A DNA stretch of 64,000 nt from the human T2T-CHM13v2.0 reference genome, Homo sapiens. The number at the start of each line of letters is the position of its first letter. Position 1 is the stretch's first letter. The notes below the pieces were generated by a model. It did no database searches and was not told the origin of the DNA. It worked only from the letters and a program-made list of their open reading frames with translations. Made by a program: the position numbers and the translations under genes. The DNA is taken from assembly GCF_009914755.1 (NCBI RefSeq), contig NC_060948.1. The stretch is one strand, 5' to 3'. Of the stretch, positions 43,101 through 58,140 are shown piece by piece.

Positions 43101-46100
43101 GGAATTCAATGGAATGGAATGGACTAGAGTGAAATGGAATCGAACCACAAGGAATGGACAGGAATAGAATGGTCTCGAATTGAATGGAATCGTATGGAAT
43201 GGCATCAAACGGAATGGAATGGACAGCCACGGAATGGAATGGACACCCACGGAATGGAATGCACTCGAATGCAATGGAGTCGACACTAATGGACTGGAAT
43301 AGAATGGACTCGACTGGTACGGACTCCAATGGAATGGAATCGAATGGAAGGGAATCGAAAGGAATGGACTCGAAGGGAAAAGACTGCAATGGAAAGGTCT
43401 CCAATGGAATGGAAATTAATGGAATGGAATGGAATCGAATGAAATGGAGTCAAAAGGAATGGAATCGAATGGCAAGAAATCGAATGTAATGGAATCGCAA
43501 GGAATTGATGTGAACGGAACGGAATGGAATGGAATCCAAAGGAATGGAATAGAATGGAATGGAATCGAATGGAAAGGACTCGAATGGAAATCACTCGAAT
43601 AGAATGCAATTTAATAAAATAGGATCAAATGTAATGGAATGGAATGGAAAGGAATCGAAACGAAAGGAATGGAGACAGATGGAATGGAATGGAACAGAGA
43701 GCAATGGTATAGAATGGAATGGAATCATCTGGAATGGAATTGAATGGAATGGAATAATATGAAATGGAATGGAATGGAATGGAATGCCCTTGAATTAAAT
43801 GGACTGGAATGCAATGGACTCGAACAGAGTGGAATGGAAAGTGTTGAAATAGAATGGAATGGACTCGTTTGGAATGGTCTAGTATGCAATGCAATCGACT
43901 GGCAGGGAATCAAAAGGAATGTAATCGAATGGATTGGACTGGAATGCAATGGACTCGAATAGATTGGAAGCGGAAAGCAAAGGAATGGAATGGAATAGTA
44001 TGGAATGGAATGCAAAGGAATGGAGTGGAATAGACTAGAGTGGAATGGAATGGACTCGAAAGCAATGGACTGGAATGGAACTTTCTTGAATGGACTGGAA
44101 TCAAACGGAATGGAATGCAATGCAATCAAATGGCATGGAATAAAATAGAATGAAAGAGAATCAAATGGAATTGAATCGAATGGAATCGAATGGATTGGAA
44201 AAAAATAGAATGGAATGGAATGGAATTGACTCAAATGGAATGGACTAGAATGGAATGGATTCGAATGGAAGGCAAAGGAATGGAATCTATTGGAATGGAC
44301 TGTAATGGAATGGAATGGAAGGGATTGGAATGGACTCGAATGGAATGCGCTGCAATAGAAAGGATTCGAATGGAATGAAAAAGAATTGAATGGAATAGAA
44401 CAGAATGGAATCAAATCGAATGAAATGGAATGGAATAGAAAGGAATGCAATGAAATGGAATGGAAAGGATTCGAATGGAATGCAATCGAATGGAATGAAA
44501 TCGAATGGAATGGAATCGAAAGGAATGGAATAAAATGGAAGAAAACTGGCAAGAAATGGAGTCGAAATGAATGGAGTGTTATGGAACGGACTCAAAAGGA
44601 ATTGAATGTAATAGAATGGAGTGGAGTGGACTCGAATATAATGGACTGGAGTGGAATGAAATCACATGGAATGGGAACGAATGGAATGGAATGGAAAGGA
44701 ATGGAATCGAATGGAAAGGAATCGAATGGAAGGGAATGAAATTGAATCAACAGGAATGGAAGGGAGTAGAATAGACGGTAATGGAATGGACTCGAATAGA
44801 ATGGACACGAATGCTCAAATTGAATGGACTCGAATGGAATGGAAACGAAAGGAATGTCATCGAATGGAATTGAATCTATTGGAATGAAATCACATAGAAT
44901 GGAGTGGAATCAAATGGAATTGAATCGAAAGGAAAGGAAGCGAATGGACTGAAATGAAATGGAATGGAATTGAATGGAAATTAATGCAATGGAATAGAAT
45001 GGAACGAAATTTCACGGAATGGAATCAAACTGAATGGAATCAAATCAATGGAATATAATCAAAAGGAATGGAAAGGAATTGAATGGAGTAGATTGGATTG
45101 GATGGGATTGGAATGAAATGTACTGGAAAGGACTCGAATTTCATGAAACGGAATGGAATGAATTAGAACGGAATGGACTCGAATGGAATGGAATGTCATG
45201 GAATGGCATCAAATGGAATGGAATCGAATGCGATGGAATGCTATGGAATGGAATGGAATGCATTGGAATGGAATGTCCTCTAATGGAATGTATTCGAGCG
45301 GAATGGAATCGAATATAATGGAGTCTAATGAAAGGGAATTGAAAGGAATGGGACCGAATACAATGGAATATACTGGAATGTAATGTAATGAACTCGAATG
45401 TAATTGACTGGAATGGAATGTACATGAATGGAATGTAATCGAATGGAAAGCAATCCAATGGAATAGAATCTAATGCAATAAAATCGAGTCAAATAGAGTA
45501 GAATGTAATGGAATGGAGTGCAGTGCAATGGAATGGAATGGAATGGAATGCAATGGAATGGAATGGAATGGGATGGAATGGTATGGAATGGATAGTAATG
45601 GACTGGAGTGAAATGGACTGGAAAAGAATGGACTCAAATTGAAAGGGCTCGAAAGGAATGGAGTCAAATGGAATGGTCTGGAATGGAATGAACACGAATG
45701 TAATGCAATCCAATAGAATGGAATCGAATGGCATGGAATATAAAGAAATGGAATCGAAGAGAATGGAAACAAATGGAATGGAATTGAATGGAATGGAATT
45801 GAATGGAATGGGAACGAATGGAGTGAAATTGTATGCAGTAGAAGAGAATAGAATGGAATGCAAGCGAAAGGAAAGGAATGGATTGGAATGGAATGGAATT
45901 CATTGGAATGGAAGGTAATGTAGTGTAATGGACAGGCCTGGAATAAAGTGGAATGCTACGGTCTCGAATGGAATAAAAATGTATGGAATGGAATGCAATG
46001 AAACGGAATCGAATGTCATAGAATGTAATGGAATGCAAAAAAATGGACTCCAAAATCATTGACTGGAAAGGCTGGGTGTCGAAAGGAATTGACTCCAATG

Positions 46101-47550
46101 GAATGGAATCGAATGGAATGGAAGTGAATAGAATCGAACTAAATCGAATGGAATGGAATTGATAGGAACGGAATGGAAAGGAATGCAATGATTTGGCATG
46201 GAATGGAATCGAATGGCATCGAATGGAATGGAATGGAATGCAATGGAATGGAATGTATTAGAATGTAATGAACTTTAATGGAATGTACTCGAATGGATTC
46301 GACTGGAATGGAATGTTCTCGAAGTGAACGGACTCCAATGGAATGGATTCGAAAGGAATGGAATCTAATGGAATGGAATTAAACGGAAATGAATCAAATA
46401 GAATAGAACGGAATTGAATTGAATGGAATCGAATGCAATGGAATCTAATGAAACGGAAAGGAATGGAATGGAATGGGCTGGAATGGAATGGAATCGAAAC
46501 GAATGGAATGGAATCGAACTGAAGAGACTGGAATGGAATGCACTGGAATGGAAGGGAATGTAATGGAAGGTTCTCGAAAAAAATGGAATCGAAAGGAATG
46601 GAATTGAATGGAACGGAATAGAGTCGAATGGAATTCAATGGAATGGAATGGACTAGAGTGAAATGGAATCGAACCACAAGGAATGGACAGGAATAGAATG
46701 GTCTCGAATTGAATGGAATCGTATGGAATGGCATCAAACGGAATGGAATGGACAGCCACGGAATGGAATGGACACCCACGGAATGGAATGCACTCGAATG
46801 CAATGGAGTCGACACTAATGGACTGGAATAGAATGGACTCGACTGGTACGGACTCCAATGGAATGGAATCGAATGGAAGGGAATCGAACGGAATGGACTC
46901 GAAGGGAAAAGACTGCAATGGAATGGTCTCGAATGGAATGGAAATTAATGGAATGGAATGGAATCGAATGAAATGGAGTCAAAAGGAATGGAATCGAATG
47001 GCAAGAAATCGAATGTAATGGAATCGCAAGGAATTGATGTGAACGGAACGGAATGGAATGGAATCCAAAGGAATGGAATAGAATGGAATGGAATCGAATG
47101 GAAAGGACTCGAATGGAAATCACTCGAATAGAATGCAATTTAATAAAATAGGATCAAATGTAATGGAATGGAATGGAAAGGAATCGAAACGAAAGGAATG
47201 GAGACAGATGGAATGGAATGGAACAGAGAGCAATGGTATAGAATGGAATGGAATCATCTGGAATGGAATTGAATGGAATGGAATAATATGAAATGGAATG
47301 GAATGGAATGGAATGCCCTTGAATTAAATGGACTGGAATGCAATGGACTCGAACAGAGTGGAATGGAAAGTGTTGAAATAGAATGGAATGGACTCGTTTG
47401 GAATGGTCTAGTATGCAATGCAATCGACTGGCATGGAATCAAAAGGAATGTAATCGAATGGATTGGACTGGAATGCAATGGACTCGAATAGATTGGAAAC
47501 GGAAAGCAAAGGAATGGAATGGAATAGTATGGAATGGAATGCAAAGGAAT
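26600..47550 (+). repeat. Dimeric higher-order repeat, period 7,083 bp (3,549 + 3,534), about three copies
   Basis: Unit lengths alternate, and diagnostic variants recur every second unit: GAAGCGGAAAGC (~29801, 36885, 43968), GCGCTGC (30181, 37264, 44347), GTGAACGGACTCC (~32163, 39246, 46323). Boundaries are approximate. Confidence 0.85.
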
Positions 47551-47599
47551 GGAGTGGAATAGACTAGAGAGGAATGGAATGGACTCGAAAGCAATGGAC

Positions 47600-50500
47600 T
47601 GGAATGGAACTTTCTTGAATGGACTGGAATCAAACTGAATGGAATGCAATGCAATCAAATGGCATGGAATAAAATAGAATGAAAGAGAATCAAATGGAAT
47701 TGAATCGAATGGAATCGAATGGATTGGAAAGGAATAGAATGGAATGGAATGGAATTGACTCAAATGGAATGGACTAGAATGGAATGGATTCGAATGGAAG
47801 GCAAAGGAATGGAATCTATTGGAATGGACTGTAATGGAATGGAATGGAAGGGATTGGAATGGACTCGAATGGAATGGACTGCAGTAGAAAGGATTCGAAT
47901 GGAATGAAAAAGAATTGAATGGAATAGAACAGAATGGAATCAAATCGAATGAAATGGAATGGAATAGAAAGGAATGGAATGAAATGGAATGGAAAGGATT
48001 CGAAAGGAATGCAATCGAATGGAATGCAATCGAATGGAATGGAATCGAACGGAATGGAATAAAATGGAAGAAAACTGGCAAGAAATGGAATCGAAATGAA
48101 TGGAGTGTTATGGAACGGACTCAAAAGGAATTGAATGTAATAGAATGGAGTGGAGTGGACTCGAATATAATGGACTGGAATGGAATGAAATCACATGGAA
48201 TGGGAACGAATGGAATGGAATGGAAAGGAATGGAATCGAATGGAAAGGAATCGAATGGAAGGGAATGAAATTGAATCAACAGGAATGGAAGGGAGTAGAA
48301 TAGACGGTAATGGAATGGACTCGAATAGAATGGACACAAATGCTCAAATTGAATGGACTCGAATGGAATGGAAACGAAAGGAATGTCATCGAATGGAATT
48401 GAATCGATTGGAATGAAATCACATAGAATGGAGTGGAATCAAATGGAATTGAATCGAAAGGAAAGGAAGCGAATGGACTGAAATGAAATGGAATGGAATT
48501 GAATGGAAATTAATGCAATGGGATAGAATGGAACGAAATTTCACGGAATGGAATCAAACTGAATGGAATCAAATCAATGGAATATAATCAAATGGAATGG
48601 AAAGGAATTGAATGGAGTAGATTGGATTGGATGGGATTGGAATGAAATGTACTGGAAAGGACTCGAATTTCATGAAACGGAATGGAATGAATTAGAACGG
48701 AATGGACTCGAATGGAATGGAATGTCATGGAATGGCATCAAATGGAATGGAATCGAATGCGATGGAATGCTATGGAATAGAATGGAATGCATTGGAATGG
48801 AATGTCCTCTAATGGAATGTATTCGAGTGGAATGGAATCGAATATAATGGAGTCTAATGAAATGGAATTGAAAGGAATGGGACCGAATACAATGGAATAT
48901 ACTGGAATGTAATGTAATGAACTCGAATGTAATTGACTGGAATGGAATGTACATGAATGGAATGTAATCGAATGGAAAGCAATCCAATGGAATAGAATCT
49001 AATGCAATAAAATCGACTCAAATAGAGTAGAATGTAATGGAATGGAGTGCAGTGCAATGGAATGGAATGGAATGGAATGCAATGGAATGGAATGGAATGG
49101 AATGGAATGGAATGGAATGGGATGGAATGGTATGGAATGGATAGTAATGGACTGGAGTGAAATGGACTGGAAAAGAATGGACTCAAATTGAAAGGGCTCG
49201 AAAGGAATGGAGTCAAATGGAATGGTCTGGAATGGAATGAACACGAATGTAATGCAATCCAATAGAATGGAATCGAATGGCATGGAATATAAAGAAATGG
49301 AATCGAAGAGAATGGAAACAAATGGAATGGAATTGAATGGAATGGAATTGAATGGAATGGGAATGAATGGAGTGAAATTGTATGCAGTAGAAGAGAATAG
49401 AATGGAATGCAAGCGAAAGGAAAGGAATGGATTGGAATGGAATGGAATTCATTGGAATGGAAGGGAATGTAGTGTAATGGACAGGCCTGGAATAAAGTGG
49501 AATGCTACGGTCTCGAATGGAATAAAAATGTATGGAATGGAATGCAATGAAACGGAATCGAATGTCATAGAATGTAATGGAATGCAAAAAAATGGACTCC
49601 AAAATCATTGACTGGAAAGGCTGGGTGTCGAAAGGAATTGACTCCAATGGAATGGAATCGAATGGAATGGAAGTGAATAGAATCGAACTAAATCGAATGG
49701 AATGGAATTGATAGGAACGGAATGGAAAGGAATGCAATGATTTGGCATGGAATGGAATCGAATGGCATCGAATGGAATGGAATGGAATGCAATGGAATGG
49801 AATGTATTAGAATGTAATGAACTTTAATGGAATGTACTCGAATGGATTCGACTGGAATGGAATGTTCTCGAAGTGAATGGACTCCAATGGAATGGATTCG
49901 AAAGGAATGGAATCTAATGGAATGGAATTAAATGGAAATGAATCAAATAGAATAGAACGGAATTGAATTGAATGGAATCGAATGCAATGGAATCTAATGA
50001 AACGGAAAGGAAAGGAATGGAATGGATTGGAATGGAATGGGCTGGAATGGAATGGAATCGAAACGAATGGAATGGAATCGAACTGAAGAGACTGGAATGG
50101 AATGCACTGGAATGGAAGGGAATGTAATGGAAGGTTCTCGAAAAAAATGGAATCGAAAGGAATGGAATTGAATGGAACGGAATAGAGTCGAATGGAATTG
50201 AATGGAATGGAATGGACTAGAGTGAAATGGAATCGAACCACAAGGAATGGACAGGAATAGAATGGTCTCGAATTGAATGGAATCGTATGGAATGGCATCA
50301 AACGGAATGGAATGGACAGCCACGGAATGGAATGGACACCCACGGAATGGAATGCACTCGAATGCAATGGAGTCGACACTAATGGACTGGAATAGAATGG
50401 ACTCGACTGGTACGGACTCCAATGGAATGGAATCGAATGGAAGGGAATCGAAAGGAATGGACTCGAAGGGAAAAGGCTACAATGGAAAGGTCTCCAATGG

Positions 50501-53500
50501 AATGGAAATTAATGGAATGGAATGGAATCGAATGAAATGGAGTCAAAAGGAATGGAATCGAATGGCAAGAAATCGAATGTAATGGAATAGCAAGGAATTG
50601 ATGTGAACGGAACGGAATGGAATGGAATCCAAAGGAATGGAATAGAATGGAATGGAATCGAATGGAAAGGACTCGAATGGAAATCACTCGAATAGAATGC
50701 AATTTAATAAAATAGGATCAAATGTAATGGAATGGAATGGAAAGGAATCGAAACGAAAGGAATGGAGACAGATGGAATGGAATGGAACAGAGAGCAATGG
50801 TATAGAATGGAATGGAATCATCTGGAATGGAATTGAATGGAATGGAATAATATGAAATGGAATGGAATGGAATGGAATGCCCTTGAATTAAATGGACTGG
50901 AATGGAATGGACTCGAACAGAGTGGAATGGAAAGTGTTGAAATAGAATGGAATGGACTCGTTTGGAATGGTCTACTATACAATGCAATCGACTGGCAGGG
51001 AATCAAAAGGAATGTAATCGAATGGATTGGACTGGAATGCAATGGACTCGAATAGATTGGAAACGGAAAGCAAAGGAATGGAATGGAATAGTATGGAATG
51101 GAATGGAAAGGAATGGAGTGGAATAGACTAGAGTGGAATGGAATGGACTCGAAAGCAATGGACTGGAATGGAACTTTCTTGAATGGACTGGAATCAAACT
51201 GAATGGAATGCAATGCAATCAAATGGCATGGAATAAAATAGAATGAAAGAGAATGAAATGGAATTGAATCGAATGGAATCGAATGGATTGGAAAGGAATA
51301 GAATGGAATGGAATGGAATTGACTCAAATGGAATGGACTAGAATGGAATGGATTCGAATGGAAGGCAAAGGAATGGAATCTATTGGAATGGACTGTAATG
51401 GAATGGAATGGAAGGGATTGGAATGGACTCGAATGGAATGGACTGCAATAGAAAGGATTCGAATGGAATGAAAAAGAATTGAATGGAATAGAACAGAATG
51501 GAATCAAATCGAATGAAATGGAATGGAATAGAAAGGAATGGAATGAAATGGAATGGAAAGGATTCGAATGGAATGCAATCGAATGGAATGCAATCGAATG
51601 GAATGGAATCGAACGGAATGGAATAAAATGGAAGAAAACTGGCAAGAAATGGAATCGAAATGAATGGAGTGTTATGGAACGGACTCAAAAGGAATTGAAT
51701 GTAATAGAATGGAGTGGAGTGGACTCGAATATAATGGACTGGAATGGAATGAAATCACATGGAATGGGAACGAATGGAATGGAATGGAAAGGAATGGAAT
51801 CGAATGGAAAGGAATCGAATGGAAGGGAATGAAATTGAATCAACAGGAATGGAAGGGAGTAGAATAGACGGTAATGGAATGGACTCGAATAGAATGGACA
51901 CAAATGCTCAAATTGAATGGACTCGAATGGAATGGAAACGAAAGGAATGTCATCGAATGGAATTGAATCGATTGGAATGAAATCACATAGAATGGAGTGG
52001 AATCAAATGGAATTGAATCGAAAGGAAAGGAAGCGAATGGACTGAAATGAAATGGAATGGAATTGAATGGAAATTAATGCAATGGGATAGAATGGAACGA
52101 AATTTCACGGAATGGAATCAAACTGAATGGAATCAAATCAATGGAATATAATCAAATGGAATGGAAAGGAATTGAATGGAGTAGATTGGATTGGATGGGA
52201 TTGGAATGAAATGTACTGGAAAGGACTCGAATTTCATGAAACGGAATGGAATGAATTAGAACGGAATGGACTCGAATGGAATGGAATGTCATGGAATGGC
52301 ATCAAATGGAATGGAATCGAATGCGATGGAATGCTATGGAATAGAATGGAATGCATTGGAATGGAATGTCCTCTAATGGAATGTATTCGAGTGGAATGGA
52401 ATCGAATATAATGGAGTCTAATGAAATGGAATTGAAAGGAATGGGACCGAATACAATGGAATATACTGGAATGTAATGTAATGAACTCGAATGTAATTGA
52501 CTGGAATGGAATGTACATGAATGGAATGTAATCGAATGGAAAGCAATCCAATGGAATAGAATCTAATGCAATAAAATCGACTCAAATAGAGTAGAATGTA
52601 ATGGAATGGAGTGCAGTGCAATGGAATGGAATGGAATGGAATGGAATGGAATGGAATGGAATGGAATGGAATGGGATGGAATGGTATGGAATGGATAGTA
52701 ATGGACTGGAGTGAAATGGACTGGAAAAGAATGGACTCAAATTGAAAGGGCTCGAAAGGAATGGAGTCAAATGGAATGGTCTGGAATGGAATGAACACGA
52801 ATGTAATGCAATCCAATAGAATGGAATCGAATGGCATGGAATATAAAGAAATGGAATCGAAGAGAATGGAAACAAATGGAATGGAATTGAATGGAATGGA
52901 ATTGAATGGAATGGGAATGAATGGAGTGAAATTGTATGCAGTAGAAGAGAATAGAATGGAATGCAAGCGAAAGGAAAGGAATGGATTGGAATGGAATGGA
53001 ATTCATTGGAATGGAAGGGAATGTAGTGTAATGGACAGGCCTGGAATAAAGTGGAATGCTACGGTCTCGAATGGAATAAAAATGTATGGAATGGAATGCA
53101 ATGAAACGGAATCGAATGTCATAGAATGTAATGGAATGCAAAAAAATGGACTCCAAAATCATTGACTGGAAAGGCTGGGTGTCGAAAGGAATTGACTCCA
53201 ATGGAATGGAATCGAATGGAATGGAAGTGAATAGAATCGAACTAAATCGAATGGAATGGAATTGATAGGAACGGAATGGAAAGGAATGCAATGATTTGGC
53301 ATGGAATGGAATCGAATGGCATCGAATGGAATGGAATGGAATGCAATGGAATGGAATGTATTAGAATGTAATGAACTTTAATGGAATGTACTCGAATGGA
53401 TTCGACTGGAATGGAATGTTCTCGAAGTGAATGGACTCCAATGGAATGGATTCGAAAGGAATGGAATCTAATGGAATGGAATTAAATGGAAATGAATCAA

Positions 53501-56500
53501 ATAGAATAGAACGGAATTGAATTGAATGGAATCGAATGCAATGGAATCTAATGAAACGGAAAGGAAAGGAATGGAATGGATTGGAATGGAATGGGCTGGA
53601 ATGGAATGGAATCGAAACGAATGGAATGGAATCGAACTGAAGAGACTGGAATGGAATGCACTGGAATGGAAGGGAATGTAATGGAAGGTTCTCGAAAAAA
53701 ATGGAATCGAAAGGAATGGAATTGAATGGAACGGAATAGAGTCGAATGGAATTGAATGGAATGGAATGGACTAGAGTGAAATGGAATCGAACCACAAGGA
53801 ATGGACAGGAATAGAATGGTCTCGAATTGAATGGAATCGTATGGAATGGCATCAAACGGAATGGAATGGACAGCCACGGAATGGAATGGACACCCACGGA
53901 ATGGAATGCACTCGAATGCAATGGAGTCGACACTAATGGACTGGAATAGAATGGACTCGACTGGTACGGACTCCAATGGAATGGAATCGAATGGAAGGGA
54001 ATCGAAAGGAATGGACTCGAAGGGAAAAGGCTACAATGGAAAGGTCTCCAATGGAATGGAAATTAATGGAATGGAATGGAATCGAATGAAATGGAGTCAA
54101 AAGGAATGGAATCGAATGGCAAGAAATCGAATGTAATGGAATAGCAAGGAATTGATGTGAACGGAACGGAATGGAATGGAATCCAAAGGAATGGAATAGA
54201 ATGGAATGGAATCGAATGGAAAGGACTCGAATGGAAATCACTCGAATAGAATGCAATTTAATAAAATAGGATCAAATGTAATGGAATGGAATGGAAAGGA
54301 ATCGAAACGAAAGGAATGGAGACAGATGGAATGGAATGGAACAGAGAGCAATGGTATAGAATGGAATGGAATCATCTGGAATGGAATTGAATGGAATGGA
54401 ATAATATGAAATGGAATGGAATGGAATGGAATGCCCTTGAATTAAATGGACTGGAATGGAATGGACTCGAACAGAGTGGAATGGAAAGTGTTGAAATAGA
54501 ATGGAATGGACTCGTTTGGAATGGTCTACTATACAATGCAATCGACTGGCAGGGAATCAAAAGGAATGTAATCGAATGGATTGGACTGGAATGCAATGGA
54601 CTCGAATAGATTGGAAACGGAAAGCAAAGGAATGGAATGGAATAGTATGGAATGGAATGGAAAGGAATGGAGTGGAATAGACTAGAGTGGAATGGAATGG
54701 ACTCGAAAGCAATGGACTGGAATGGAACTTTCTTGAATGGACTGGAATCAAACTGAATGGAATGCAATGCAATCAAATGGCATGGAATAAAATAGAATGA
54801 AAGAGAATGAAATGGAATTGAATCGAATGGAATCGAATGGATTGGAAAGGAATAGAATGGAATGGAATGGAATTGACTCAAATGGAATGGACTAGAATGG
54901 AATGGATTCGAATGGAAGGCAAAGGAATGGAATCTATTGGAATGGACTGTAATGGAATGGAATGGAAGGGATTGGAATGGACTCGAATGGAATGGACTGC
55001 AATAGAAAGGATTCGAATGGAATGAAAAAGAATTGAATGGAATAGAACAGAATGGAATCAAATCGAATGAAATGGAATGGAATAGAAAGGAATGGAATGA
55101 AATGGAATGGAAAGGATTCGAATGGAATGCAATCGAATGGAATGCAATCGAATGGAATGGAATCGAACGGAATGGAATAAAATGGAAGAAAACTGGCAAG
55201 AAATGGAATCGAAATGAATGGAGTGTTATGGAACGGACTCAAAAGGAATTGAATGTAATAGAATGGAGTGGAGTGGACTCGAATATAATGGACTGGAATG
55301 GAATGAAATCACATGGAATGGGAACGAATGGAATGGAATGGAAAGGAATGGAATCGAATGGAAAGGAATCGAATGGAAGGGAATGAAATTGAATCAACAG
55401 GAATGGAAGGGAGTAGAATAGACGGTAATGGAATGGACTCGAATAGAATGGACACAAATGCTCAAATTGAATGGACTCGAATGGAATGGAAACGAAAGGA
55501 ATGTCATCGAATGGAATTGAATCGATTGGAATGAAATCACATAGAATGGAGTGGAATCAAATGGAATTGAATCGAAAGGAAAGGAAGCGAATGGACTGAA
55601 ATGAAATGGAATGGAATTGAATGGAAATTAATGCAATGGGATAGAATGGAACGAAATTTCACGGAATGGAATCAAACTGAATGGAATCAAATCAATGGAA
55701 TATAATCAAATGGAATGGAAAGGAATTGAATGGAGTAGATTGGATTGGATGGGATTGGAATGAAATGTACTGGAAAGGACTCGAATTTCATGAAACGGAA
55801 TGGAATGAATTAGAACGGAATGGACTCGAATGGAATGGAATGTCATGGAATGGCATCAAATGGAATGGAATCGAATGCGATGGAATGCTATGGAATAGAA
55901 TGGAATGCATTGGAATGGAATGTCCTCTAATGGAATGTATTCGAGTGGAATGGAATCGAATATAATGGAGTCTAATGAAATGGAATTGAAAGGAATGGGA
56001 CCGAATACAATGGAATATACTGGAATGTAATGTAATGAACTCGAATGTAATTGACTGGAATGGAATGTACATGAATGGAATGTAATCGAATGGAAAGCAA
56101 TCCAATGGAATAGAATCTAATGCAATAAAATCGACTCAAATAGAGTAGAATGTAATGGAATGGAGTGCAGTGCAATGGAATGGAATGGAATGGAATGCAA
56201 TGGAATGGAATGGAATGGAATGGAATGGGATGGAATGGTATGGAATGGATAGTAATGGACTGGAGTGAAATGGACTGGAAAAGAATGGACTCAAATTGAA
56301 AGGGCTCGAAAGGAATGGAGTCAAATGGAATGGTCTGGAATGGAATGAACACGAATGTAATGCAATCCAATAGAATGGAATCGAATGGCATGGAATATAA
56401 AGAAATGGAATCGAAGAGAATGGAAACAAATGGAATGGAATTGAATGGAATGGAATTGAATGGAATGGGAATGAATGGAGTGAAATTGTATGCAGTAGAA

Positions 56501-58140
56501 GAGAATAGAATGGAATGCAAGCGAAAGGAAAGGAATGGATTGGAATGGAATGGAATTCATTGGAATGGAAGGGAATGTAGTGTAATGGACAGGCCTGGAA
56601 TAAAGTGGAATGCTACGGTCTCGAATGGAATAAAAATGTATGGAATGGAATGCAATGAAACGGAATCGAATGTCATAGAATGTAATGGAATGCAAAAAAA
56701 TGGACTCCAAAATCATTGACTGGAAAGGCTGGGTGTCGAAAGGAATTGACTCCAATGGAATGGAATCGAATGGAATGGAAGTGAATAGAATCGAACTAAA
56801 TCGAATGGAATGGAATTGATAGGAACGGAATGGAAAGGAATGCAATGATTTGGCATGGAATGGAATCGAATGGCATCGAATGGAATGGAATGGAATGCAA
56901 TGGAATGGAATGTATTAGAATGTAATGAACTTTAATGGAATGTACTCGAATGGATTCGACTGGAATGGAATGTTCTCGAAGTGAATGGACTCCAATGGAA
57001 TGGATTCGAAAGGAATGGAATCTAATGGAATGGAATTAAATGGAAATGAATCAAATAGAATAGAACGGAATTGAATTGAATGGAATCGAATGCAATGGAA
57101 TCTAATGAAACGGAAAGGAAAGGAATGGAATGGATTGGAATGGAATGGGCTGGAATGGAATGGAATCGAAACGAATGGAATGGAATCGAACTGAAGAGAC
57201 TGGAATGGAATGCACTGGAATGGAAGGGAATGTAATGGAAGGTTCTCGAAAAAAATGGAATCGAAAGGAATGGAATTGAATGGAACGGAATAGAGTCGAA
57301 TGGAATTGAATGGAATGGAATGGACTAGAGTGAAATGGAATCGAACCACAAGGAATGGACAGGAATAGAATGGTCTCGAATTGAATGGAATCGTATGGAA
57401 TGGCATCAAACGGAATGGAATGGACAGCCACGGAATGGAATGGACACCCACGGAATGGAATGCACTCGAATGCAATGGAGTCGACACTAATGGACTGGAA
57501 TAGAATGGACTCGACTGGTACGGACTCCAATGGAATGGAATCGAATGGAAGGGAATCGAAAGGAATGGACTCGAAGGGAAAAGGCTACAATGGAAAGGTC
57601 TCCAATGGAATGGAAATTAATGGAATGGAATGGAATCGAATGAAATGGAGTCAAAAGGAATGGAATCGAATGGCAAGAAATCGAATGTAATGGAATAGCA
57701 AGGAATTGATGTGAACGGAACGGAATGGAATGGAATCCAAAGGAATGGAATAGAATGGAATGGAATCGAATGGAAAGGACTCGAATGGAAATCACTCGAA
57801 TAGAATGCAATTTAATAAAATAGGATCAAATGTAATGGAATGGAATGGAAAGGAATCGAAACGAAAGGAATGGAGACAGATGGAATGGAATGGAACAGAG
57901 AGCAATGGTATAGAATGGAATGGAATCATCTGGAATGGAATTGAATGGAATGGAATAATATGAAATGGAATGGAATGGAATGGAATGCCCTTGAATTAAA
58001 TGGACTGGAATGGAATGGACTCGAACAGAGTGGAATGGAAAGTGTTGAAATAGAATGGAATGGACTCGTTTGGAATGGTCTACTATACAATGCAATCGAC
58101 TGGCAGGGAATCAAAAGGAATGTAATCGAATGGATTGGAC
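47600..58140 (+). repeat. Three near-identical tandem units (periods 3,564 and 3,554)
   Basis: Private variants each seen three times: GGACACAAATG (48332, 51896, 55450), AAGGCTACAATGG (~50473, 54027, 57581), TCTACTATAC (50971, 54525, 58079), GCAATGGGATAG. Confidence 0.88.
52620..52674 (+). repeat. Perfect (AATGG)11 run within the unit's length-variable pure tract
   Basis: Uninterrupted pentamers between GTGCAGTGC and GATGGAATGGTATGG; the longest perfect run I noticed. Confidence 0.85.
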
